64,000 bases of DNA, taken from Candidatus Woesearchaeota archaeon (lineage in GTDB: Archaea > Nanobdellota > Nanobdellia > Woesearchaeales > SKIA01). Position numbers and translations under genes: made by a program. Below are positions 31,748 through 39,851 of the stretch, piece by piece (position 1 is the first letter of the stretch; the number at the start of each line of letters is the position of its first letter). The notes under the pieces were generated by a model. That model did not search any database and was not told the DNA's origin. It saw only the letters and a program-made list of their open reading frames with translations. The stretch is taken from contig JAYVHA010000007.1 of the NCBI GenBank assembly GCA_043771635.1, positions 2,233 to 66,232 on the forward strand, written 5' to 3'.

Positions 31748-32797
31748 ATGGACGCCACTTTCAACCAACGAGTCGTGTGTGGCAAAGGAATAACGGCGCA
31801 GGAGCTTGCTCAGCTACCCTCCGCATGCGTGATTTCAACAAAGTCAGCAGTACGGGCCTTCAAGCAGTATTTGCCAGAAAGCGATTACCCAACGATTATT
31901 ATTCGTTCAAACAACCAAACAGAGATTGAGCGAGTAGTTATCCAAATCCAAGGCAGCAACTGCGAGACCATCATCGGGCTTGGCACGGGCTCGGCGATCG
32001 ATGTCTCCAAAGTAGTTGCGGATGCTGTGAACAAACCACTTGTATGTATTCCAACCGGTCTATCGTGCAATGTCTTTGCAACAAATAAATCCGTGATTTG
32101 TAAGCAGTCTGCTATTTGCACGATTGTTTCCAAAATCCCCGAGATAGTGATCGTGGACACAAATTTACTATCTCTCTCCGACCTTCGCTACACCATTGCA
32201 GGAATCGGCGATGTGCTATCTGTGTACACTGCAATGCATGACTGGGATCTTGCGCGAGTTCATAGCGATGAACCTGACAATTTCACAATACGAACGGTAG
32301 CTGAATCTTTGATAGACCCGATGGTACAGTTAGTTCCAAAGCTTATCCAAAATGATCCGTCGGCAATAGAGCAACTCACGCAACTACTACTGCTTTCTGG
32401 ATACCTGACGAATATGTACGGCTCAGGCCGCCCTGAAAGCGGATCAGAGCACATGTTTGCACGCGCTATAGAAACAGATCCAGTATTCGGTAAACGATTG
32501 CTTCATGGAGAAGCAGTTCTCCTTGGCATCCTTCTCAGTGCAGAACTTCAGGGACGCCCAAGCGACGCAATTCTAGGTATTGCACAAATGAGTGGCTTAA
32601 GGGCGCGCTATGAAGACGCTGAACTAACCGAAAACGATATGGTGAAGTTCTTAATAACAGCGAGTACAATCAGACCTGAACGGTTCTCAATTTTCAACAT
32701 TGTCCACCTAGACGCTACACTCGCACACGATATCGTGAAGCGTGTGCTGGCGAAGCTTTCGGTGCCACATGTCATTCCTGCAGCTACCACACTTTAA
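31748..32797 (+). CDS. DHQS/iron-ADH superfamily enzyme; glycerol-1-phosphate dehydrogenase (EgsA)-like or sugar-phosphate cyclase-like
   Basis: GLGTGSAIDVSKVVA (nucleotide-binding), PTGLSCNVFATNKS, metal-ligand-like SGSEHMFARAIE and HGEAVLLG. 349 aa. Confidence 0.5.
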   Translation: MDATFNQRVVCGKGITAQELAQLPSACVISTKSAVRAFKQYLPESDYPTIIIRSNNQTEIERVVIQIQGSNCETIIGLGTGSAIDVSKVVADAVNKPLVCIPTGLSCNVFATNKSVICKQSAICTIVSKIPEIVIVDTNLLSLSDLRYTIAGIGDVLSVYTAMHDWDLARVHSDEPDNFTIRTVAESLIDPMVQLVPKLIQNDPSAIEQLTQLLLLSGYLTNMYGSGRPESGSEHMFARAIETDPVFGKRLLHGEAVLLGILLSAELQGRPSDAILGIAQMSGLRARYEDAELTENDMVKFLITASTIRPERFSIFNIVHLDATLAHDIVKRVLAKLSVPHVIPAATTL

Positions 32798-33683
32798 ACT
32801 GGACGGCAACAGAGTGATCTTTCTGAACCAATACGAATATCTCAGCACACCGGAAAGGCTTTCGGTGAATAACCCGTTACACCAAAAAGTACTTGTTGAC
32901 GAAGGCATCATTGTCGGTCCTCCACCGCCTGCACCTGCTACAACAAAGTTGCCAGTGCTGTTCATTGAACCTCACTACGATGACATTGCACTATCCTGTG
33001 CGAATGCACTTCTTGTACATCGTGCTAACGGGCATCCCGTGCACGTCGCAACGTTGTTCCCTCGTACTGCGATAGCGACGTTTCCATGGCGAGCACAAGT
33101 TACATTGTCGGCTGAGGCGTATCATAAGCTGCGGCAGGCTGAAGGCTCTGGAGCTATGCATGCTTACCTAGGGGGTACGGTCCACTCATTTGACGAGCGG
33201 GGCGCAAGCCTGCGGGGATCAAAAGAACCATTCGGCCAATATGAAACCGGCGATCAAATTGTTGTTGAACGGCTGTTAGAAGGAGTTGAAGCACTTATAC
33301 AGGAGATAAAGTGCAATAATGTATTTGCGCCTATGGGATTTGGTATGCACCGCGATCACCGCGTGGCTCATGAAATCGGCCTTGCGTTAGCGAACCGCGG
33401 CCATCAAGTACAATTTTACGAAGATCAGCCCTATGCAAGCAACCGGTTCACATTTGCCACCACACTCGGATCGCAATGGCAAATGCACTACACAGACAGT
33501 GGCCCGAACCTTGATTCGATAGCAAATCTCATCACTATGTATCGCTCCCAATTTGACGATAGTACACGATCACAAACACTTGCAACTCTTAAGTGTCAAG
33601 CACGTACAGCGGCAGTTGAAGGTCGAGGCGCCCACGAATTCGGGGATGCAGAGTTTGCTGAACGGACACGGGTGCTTAGATGA
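32742..33683 (+). CDS. LmbE/PIG-L family N-acetylglucosaminyl deacetylase
   Basis: LFIEPHYDDIALSC (PIG-L HPDDE-type metal site) and MHRDHRVAHE. Confidence 0.65.
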   Translation: MCWRSFRCHMSFLQLPHFKLDGNRVIFLNQYEYLSTPERLSVNNPLHQKVLVDEGIIVGPPPPAPATTKLPVLFIEPHYDDIALSCANALLVHRANGHPVHVATLFPRTAIATFPWRAQVTLSAEAYHKLRQAEGSGAMHAYLGGTVHSFDERGASLRGSKEPFGQYETGDQIVVERLLEGVEALIQEIKCNNVFAPMGFGMHRDHRVAHEIGLALANRGHQVQFYEDQPYASNRFTFATTLGSQWQMHYTDSGPNLDSIANLITMYRSQFDDSTRSQTLATLKCQARTAAVEGRGAHEFGDAEFAERTRVLR

Positions 33684-35002
33684 GAATCGCGTTCATCGAT
33701 GACGAACCAGAGATATATCCGCATTCGTACGGTGGAAAAGCACGGACAATACGAACACTTGCAAACGCACTAGCAAATACGCCTTCAGTAGATAAGGTGC
33801 TTATCGCAAGTCGAAGTATCCGAGACTCACGGAAAATATTCTATGAAGAGGGCGTACAGTTTCAATTGCTCGAGGGCTACGGCATAGCAAGTGAGTTGCG
33901 AAGAATCACTCATGAATATGACATTGTAAACGTTCATACTTGCTCGTTTACATTCCCACAGGTGCTTGATACGCCAGCGCGTATTATCAACCACCTCCAT
34001 GATGTTATCTACGCAACATGCGACGCAGGAAGTCATCTTGACAAAGCCCTCGGCGGCCAATGGAGCGGAATTATAGCGCCATCCGAATTCGCAGCTCAAA
34101 CCGCACGGAATGTTGGCTGGTGGAACCTGAGCCTAGACGATATTGCTGTAATTCCTCGCATCATTGACGCCAATCGATTTTTTTTGATGGACCAGAGTGC
34201 TGCACGCCAAGCGCTCGCAGAAGTACTACCGAAGCACGCGCAAGTAATTCGGGACAGCTATCCGTTACTTGCATTTCCGAATCGACCAACCGCAGGAAAA
34301 GGCGGCGCCATACTCGCTGAATTACATGAATTACTCCGTGAAGAATTTGAATCGCCGCTTATTATCACAACCGGCGGCGACAGCGATTCGCATGCAATCA
34401 GTAGCGGCTGGTTGCAAACCAATCAGCTTCGCGCACTGTATGCAGCGGCAGATATATGCCTTGTCCCATCACTTCTTCCTGAGTCATTCTCTCAAGTTCC
34501 TCTGGAAGCAGTTATGTGCGGAACACCAACCATCTCTACGCGATTTGGTAATCTTGGACTGCTTGCAGACACTGTACCGGGAATATACGAAGCGAAACCT
34601 TCAGCAGCACACATTAGAGAGCGAGTGCATGAAGTGCTTGCTGAAGGGAAAGAAGCAGCAGCAGAAGGCCGCACCAGAATTATGACGCAGTATAGCGCAC
34701 GCAGCGTTATTGTAAAACTGCTTGCTGCGTATGATTCGATGCCCGCACATCCAAAACCCGCAGTAACACATAGTTCTCTGGACGCACGGTGGTTTACATC
34801 CCCTCTCCTTGCAGTCTACGGGACAGAGGCATTCCTGGGAACTGACGGTTTGCCTCAGGCAATTGCACTAACAGAGAACGATCGCTCCCTTCTGCAGTAT
34901 TGCGCACGCGCACGAACACAAATCGACTTGAGTCGTTCGGGCCTAGAATACACACAAAGCGTGCGACGGCTCAGTGAAGCAGGAGCACTCATCAAGGCAT
35001 AA
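33680..35002 (+). CDS. glycosyltransferase, GT-B fold (GT4-like)
   Basis: C-terminal ADICLVPSLLPESFSQVPLEAVMCGTPTIST (GT1/GT4 E-x7-E region). Confidence 0.65.
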   Translation: MRIAFIDDEPEIYPHSYGGKARTIRTLANALANTPSVDKVLIASRSIRDSRKIFYEEGVQFQLLEGYGIASELRRITHEYDIVNVHTCSFTFPQVLDTPARIINHLHDVIYATCDAGSHLDKALGGQWSGIIAPSEFAAQTARNVGWWNLSLDDIAVIPRIIDANRFFLMDQSAARQALAEVLPKHAQVIRDSYPLLAFPNRPTAGKGGAILAELHELLREEFESPLIITTGGDSDSHAISSGWLQTNQLRALYAAADICLVPSLLPESFSQVPLEAVMCGTPTISTRFGNLGLLADTVPGIYEAKPSAAHIRERVHEVLAEGKEAAAEGRTRIMTQYSARSVIVKLLAAYDSMPAHPKPAVTHSSLDARWFTSPLLAVYGTEAFLGTDGLPQAIALTENDRSLLQYCARARTQIDLSRSGLEYTQSVRRLSEAGALIKA

Positions 35003-35005
35003 AAC

Positions 35006-36136
35006 ATGGTACAAAAAACTCCCTTCGTCATTAATGACATATTGTTCTTAGAAGAATTCTGCAATCTCGCATGCGGTTACTGTGAAGGTTTCTACCCGAC
35101 TGAATTCAAGTTCAAACCCCGAGAAGGCAAACTCCGTATGCCAACTTCATGGAAAGCCATGGTTGAAGCGGATCAGTCACTGCAAACACGCCTAAGCAGC
35201 GAACCAACTGTTGACAGTTTATTCGATGTCGGAAGAGAAGTGCTTGAGCGCATGAATGAAAAAGCAACCTACCCTATTCTGAAACTTTCAGGAGGCGAAA
35301 TATTTCTCTATGATAAGCTCGTTTCATTTGTTGAATCTATTCATGATCAATACTCAGGCGTTCAGTTACTCACGAATGGCGTTCTCTTTGGTGCCGCCGA
35401 GGTTGACCGTTTAGCGTCACTCGGGAACGTTTACTTTCAAATATCTCTAGATGGCGTTACACCACAAACAAACTCCTCGCGCTCTAAAAGTGGCGCAACA
35501 CTTGATCGAATACTACGGAACATCGATCGCATTCAAGATGCCGGCATGGGACTCGAAATAAACTGTGTATTAACGAATACAAACACTGATTCTTTCCTAC
35601 ATCTTGCGGAATACATGGCGCACCGCGGCACGTCTATTGTAATGCCTCGCCCAGTACGCGGACCACCTGCAAAAACGCAAGCGGCAAGCGATGAACAAGT
35701 GCGCGCATTTGCAACGGTTCGTGAGCGATATAATGATATTGGACACGTGCTTCCACCTGAAGCGTATCTTGATCGAGTCATTAGCGTACTCGAACGTAAG
35801 CAACGAAGTTGGGATTGTTTCGTGCCCTTTTTCGTACTCGGAGAAAACTATTACGGAAAAATTAACACCTGTACTTGTAGTGGAGCTTTACCGGTTCTTG
35901 GAAACGCACTTGACAAGGATACAACCGCATTCCACACACTGAGCACTCGTGCACAATACGATGCAAAGAGTAAGCCCGAGCCATGCGCAGACTGCATAAC
36001 GCAATACGAAGTGTTCAATCTGTATGCAGAAGGAAAAGTGACTGATGCCGAGCTTACCAAACTCGCGACATTCCGTGTACCAAACGCACTTGCAACAGCA
36101 CAGAGAATTAAAGCAGAGCTGCATACTTCGCGATGA
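35006..36136 (+). CDS. radical SAM enzyme (possible SPASM/twitch auxiliary cluster)
   Basis: CNLACGYC (CxxxCxxC). Extra Cys near C-terminus (CTCSG..CADC). Confidence 0.7.
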   Translation: MVQKTPFVINDILFLEEFCNLACGYCEGFYPTEFKFKPREGKLRMPTSWKAMVEADQSLQTRLSSEPTVDSLFDVGREVLERMNEKATYPILKLSGGEIFLYDKLVSFVESIHDQYSGVQLLTNGVLFGAAEVDRLASLGNVYFQISLDGVTPQTNSSRSKSGATLDRILRNIDRIQDAGMGLEINCVLTNTNTDSFLHLAEYMAHRGTSIVMPRPVRGPPAKTQAASDEQVRAFATVRERYNDIGHVLPPEAYLDRVISVLERKQRSWDCFVPFFVLGENYYGKINTCTCSGALPVLGNALDKDTTAFHTLSTRAQYDAKSKPEPCADCITQYEVFNLYAEGKVTDAELTKLATFRVPNALATAQRIKAELHTSR

Positions 36137-37305
36137 AAACTCTTGTACATATTCCATGGAGTTTGCAGCCAGGGTTTATTGGCGGCACCGAACGCTTTGC
36201 AATCGATCTTACGAAGGGACTGCGCAAGCAAGGCAACGATGCGACAATTGTTTGTTCCAACCTTGAAGAGCAATTAATTATCGAAGGCGTACCGGTGTTC
36301 GGACGCATTCCAGCACAATATCGAGATAAAGTTAAAAACTATGGCGCAGCCGACGAACACTTCTTTCGGAACGAAGTGCTTCGCGGATCAGAGCCAGGTT
36401 TCTGTGAACGCATGTCGGCATATGTTGCACAGCAAATAGAAGGGTTTGATTTCGACATCATTCATTTTAACAATATGATCGGCGCGGCAAAATTACCACC
36501 AGCGCTTCTTCGTCGTTCGATTGTAAGCGTACATGACTGTCCTGAAGAGCTAACAAACTATTGGAAAATGCCGTACGAGACAATACGACGCGCTGTGGAC
36601 CAAAATGGCGAACTAGTGCAAGCCGGTGCGCTCGTCGCAAGTACTCAGCACTATGCTGCTCGATTTAGTGCCGACCTCAATTTCACGTTTGCTGTTATTC
36701 CACTTGGTGTGCAACCAAGCGCAGTTACTCAATCCCAACGGAACCCTTCTGAGCCACCCACCATTCTTTTGCCCGCGCGATTTGATGTAAACCAAAAGGG
36801 ACAAGACATTGCCGTGCGAGCGCTTAGTATGCTGAAAGCATGGAACGTACCCGCACGCATGATACTGAGCGGATACCAGCCTGAAACGTATGCTCGCGAT
36901 AAAAAGATGATTGATACACTTATTGCTGAGTGCGGCGCCGAGGAAGAAATAACCATAACCCGATTCGAGCGACGAAGTGATGCATATGCAGCCGCTGACA
37001 TTGTTGTTTCCCCGGAACGTTTTTGTACGTTTGGACTTTCTATAGCTGAATCATTAGCAGAAGGGATACCAACTGTACTTGCACCAATTCCAACGTATCA
37101 GGAAATAACGAAGGGTGCCCCTCATGCATCCTTCGCTGTCGATCACACTCCACTTGCGTTTGCGAATGCACTACGTACCGTGATTCGGAGCGGATACTTA
37201 CGCGATCCTGTAGCTGCAAAACAGTTCCAAGCCGATCACTCGTTTGCAACAACAGTAAACCGCTATAGCGATTTGTATGCCGCAGTTCTGCGGCGAGCAC
37301 AATGA
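36133..37305 (+). CDS. glycosyltransferase family 4
   Basis: N-terminal GGTERFAIDLTKGLRKQGNDATIV. C-terminal GLSIAESLAEGIPTVLAP. Confidence 0.65.
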   Translation: MKTLVHIPWSLQPGFIGGTERFAIDLTKGLRKQGNDATIVCSNLEEQLIIEGVPVFGRIPAQYRDKVKNYGAADEHFFRNEVLRGSEPGFCERMSAYVAQQIEGFDFDIIHFNNMIGAAKLPPALLRRSIVSVHDCPEELTNYWKMPYETIRRAVDQNGELVQAGALVASTQHYAARFSADLNFTFAVIPLGVQPSAVTQSQRNPSEPPTILLPARFDVNQKGQDIAVRALSMLKAWNVPARMILSGYQPETYARDKKMIDTLIAECGAEEEITITRFERRSDAYAAADIVVSPERFCTFGLSIAESLAEGIPTVLAPIPTYQEITKGAPHASFAVDHTPLAFANALRTVIRSGYLRDPVAAKQFQADHSFATTVNRYSDLYAAVLRRAQ

Positions 37306-37943
37306 TTCGTGCAGTACTATTCGACATGGACGGAGTACTCATCAACTCGGAAGAATTATGGCATAGCATCGAACCTGAAATCCTTCGTACTATAGTACCT
37401 GAGTGGAACGAAGCCTTGCAAAAACACATTACGGGCATGAGTTCGCGAGGCGTGTACGCTTATCTCTGTGCTGAGCACGGCGTTACGGAATCGTTTTCCG
37501 TGTTTGAAGGACGCTACCGCGCTGCAGCAAAACGCATTTACGGGAAGGAAGGAGCGCTATACCCTGGTGTGCGTGAAGCACTGGTTATGGCGAGTAAAGA
37601 CGGTCGAAAAATCGCGATTTGCTCATCTTCACCCACAGCCTGGATACAGATGATGGTGGAACACCTCAACATTAAGGATTGTTTCGATGCAGTAGTAAGC
37701 GCAGACCGCATTGGCGGAAAAGGCAAACCTGCACCTGATGTATATTTGCTTACCTGTCAGACACTTGCTGTGAAACCAGCCGAATGTATTGCAATTGAAG
37801 ACTCAAGAAACGGAATCGCATCAGCGAAGGCTGCTGGGATATTCACGTATGGATATCTAAATGGCTTCAACACGCTAGAAGATTTGGCTAACGCGGACGC
37901 CATAATCACAGACTTCGCGCAGATCGAATGGAACAAGCAATAG
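37302..37943 (+). CDS. HAD-superfamily hydrolase (subfamily IA, beta-phosphoglucomutase-like)
   Basis: AVLFDMDGVLINSE motif I. IAICSSSP. IEDSRNGIASAKAAG. Confidence 0.7.
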   Translation: MIRAVLFDMDGVLINSEELWHSIEPEILRTIVPEWNEALQKHITGMSSRGVYAYLCAEHGVTESFSVFEGRYRAAAKRIYGKEGALYPGVREALVMASKDGRKIAICSSSPTAWIQMMVEHLNIKDCFDAVVSADRIGGKGKPAPDVYLLTCQTLAVKPAECIAIEDSRNGIASAKAAGIFTYGYLNGFNTLEDLANADAIITDFAQIEWNKQ

Positions 37944-38727
37944 CGTTGCGCAGCGCAGGTGCATGTTCAGAAAGCAACGCGAGTTTCGTGCGAGCTGAAG
38001 CAGTAATCGATTTCGACGACGCATCACGTTTCTTTCCGAACTCTGCAATTAAATCCCTATTGCGTTTCTTCATTAAGGGCAGCACCTTAGCAGCTTCTAC
38101 TCTATTCAGTGGAAACACGCCGTCATAAGCGCCGAGAAACACTGTTAAACCTTTCAGGTCCAGGCCGTTAGTGCGGGTGATGAATAGCTGTGTGCTGGCA
38201 ATTGCTAGGTCTTGAACTACTGTAGCGCTATGAGCGTCACCAAAGTCAATGAATACTATGCCTCCCTGAGTTCGAATACTATTTTCCCGAGTGATGTCTG
38301 CGTGAATGGTGGCCCGTCGAAGCGAGTTTGGAGCGTTTGAACTTCCCCCAATCGCGCTAAGCGCACGGTGCAGCATCCCAAGAGACTTGCCCACAGCCTT
38401 TGCTACCGGAGTCGAGATTCGCAAGCCAAGCGGTTCACCCTGTACGTATGAAAGAAGCAAAGCCGAACAGTTCTGGTCCACAGTAAAGAGTTTTCCGGCC
38501 TTCGTAGGTATTACTGCAGGCACCGGCGCTGAATGCCCAGTTAGCGCTGCCAGAAGCACCCCTTGTGCTCGCAGCGTTTTGCTCGTTTTTGCAAACCGGA
38601 GTACGTAATCGCGCTTACCGGCAGTGACCTTGAATACAGCGTCCGGACCTCGATTAAGGCGTTTAATCGCGCTTGCGGAAATTCCATACTGCCGCAATAC
38701 TAATTGCACGATTCGGACAGTTGCCAT
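37906..38727 (-). CDS. aminoglycoside/choline-kinase-like phosphotransferase (APH family)
   Basis: IHADITRENSI and FIDFGDA (Brenner and DFG-like motifs of the PF01636 family). Confidence 0.6.
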   Translation of the reverse strand: MATVRIVQLVLRQYGISASAIKRLNRGPDAVFKVTAGKRDYVLRFAKTSKTLRAQGVLLAALTGHSAPVPAVIPTKAGKLFTVDQNCSALLLSYVQGEPLGLRISTPVAKAVGKSLGMLHRALSAIGGSSNAPNSLRRATIHADITRENSIRTQGGIVFIDFGDAHSATVVQDLAIASTQLFITRTNGLDLKGLTVFLGAYDGVFPLNRVEAAKVLPLMKKRNRDLIAEFGKKRDASSKSITASARTKLALLSEHAPALRNAIACSIRSARSL

Positions 38728-38833
38728 GACAACTTGCTTCTAGCAGTGAATTAAAATGTGCCTATCCTGCAAAACGGGAAAAAACGCACTAGTGTCACGA
38801 GAAAGTAGTCAGGAGAGTCTCTGTGAATCTGAC

Positions 38834-39116
38834 CTGACGGGTTAACTGCTCCAGCCGACCCCACGACCTGGCAGGTCTCAAGTCTCCGGGAAAAGGCCAA
38901 TGGCCACTAGCTTTTGTTGCTCTTGGGGTGAGAGCAAGTCCCAGCTGTGGATTAGAATAGCTTTGAACTTCGAAACACTCAGAGTTATGGTAGGTTCGTT
39001 CATACCACCTCTAAAGGTAAGATGATATTTAGCGGGAACTCCGAGTCCGTATAACACGCGACGAAAAACGGCCTAAAAACCGTATAACATATTCGAGATT
39101 TATAAAGGATCAATTC
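38834..39116 (+). repeat. dispersed intergenic repeat, copy B
   Basis: 5' ctgacgggttaactgctccagccgaccccacgacctggcaggtctcaagtctc. 3' gtaagatgatatttagcgggaactccgagtccgtataacac...gatttataaagg. Minus strand retains a 41-codon remnant MNEPTITLSVSKFKAILIHSWDLLSPQEQQKLV.. with SD agaggtgg. Confidence 0.7.
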
Positions 39117-39156
39117 GAGTTTGCATTTGCGGCTCTACTCAGCGTCAAAGTGCTGT

Positions 39157-39726
39157 TTATAATACGCTTCTTCGCTTTAATTCAAAAAAGCATTTTGCAC
39201 ACATTGCTACATCAACTTTTGCATCGTGAGCACCAGAAAATTCACTATCAAACAATTTTTTGTGTAGTTCTTTGAGCGCCGGCCATTTAAATCCTCGATC
39301 GGTTTTTATCGCACAGTATTCAGTGGTTGTTAACATCGTGCATGTTCTAATTGAGTCCCCGAACGGAAATAATAATTCACAACGTATAAACTCTGCGTGA
39401 ATTACTGGTTCATCAAAACTCAAATTATGGGCAATAATGTTCTTAGACTTCTTTACATCTTCTGAAAACATAATAAGTGCTTCTTTTAACAAAATACCTT
39501 CTTGCAGGGCTCTTTCAGTAGTAACGCCATGAATGCGAGAAGCCTCCAAAGGTATAGTATAACCCTCTGGATAAATTATGAAATCCTCTTGTTTGACTAA
39601 GGAGCCCTCACCATCATATAGTTGCCAAGCAAGCTGAACAACCCGAGGCCAGTTTTGCAAATCAGATGGAAGACCTTTGTAGTTTTTTGGTAAACCGGTA
39701 GTTTCAGTGTCGAAAATGAGAAACAT
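39157..39726 (-). CDS. DEDDh 3'-5' exonuclease (DnaQ/RNase T-like)
   Basis: Exo I FDTETTGLP, Exo II HNLSFDEPVI, Exo III HDAKVDVAMCAKCF. Confidence 0.8.
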   Translation of the reverse strand: MFLIFDTETTGLPKNYKGLPSDLQNWPRVVQLAWQLYDGEGSLVKQEDFIIYPEGYTIPLEASRIHGVTTERALQEGILLKEALIMFSEDVKKSKNIIAHNLSFDEPVIHAEFIRCELLFPFGDSIRTCTMLTTTEYCAIKTDRGFKWPALKELHKKLFDSEFSGAHDAKVDVAMCAKCFFELKRRSVL

Positions 39727-39851
39727 TTATTCGGGACTCATTTTTGATTTATATTACTTAACTGAACCCGGCAAGTTAATTACGATCGCACGGAGAACGG
39801 CTCCCGACGCATAATGAGTAAGTATTTAACTCTCAAAACGACAGGCAGAGC

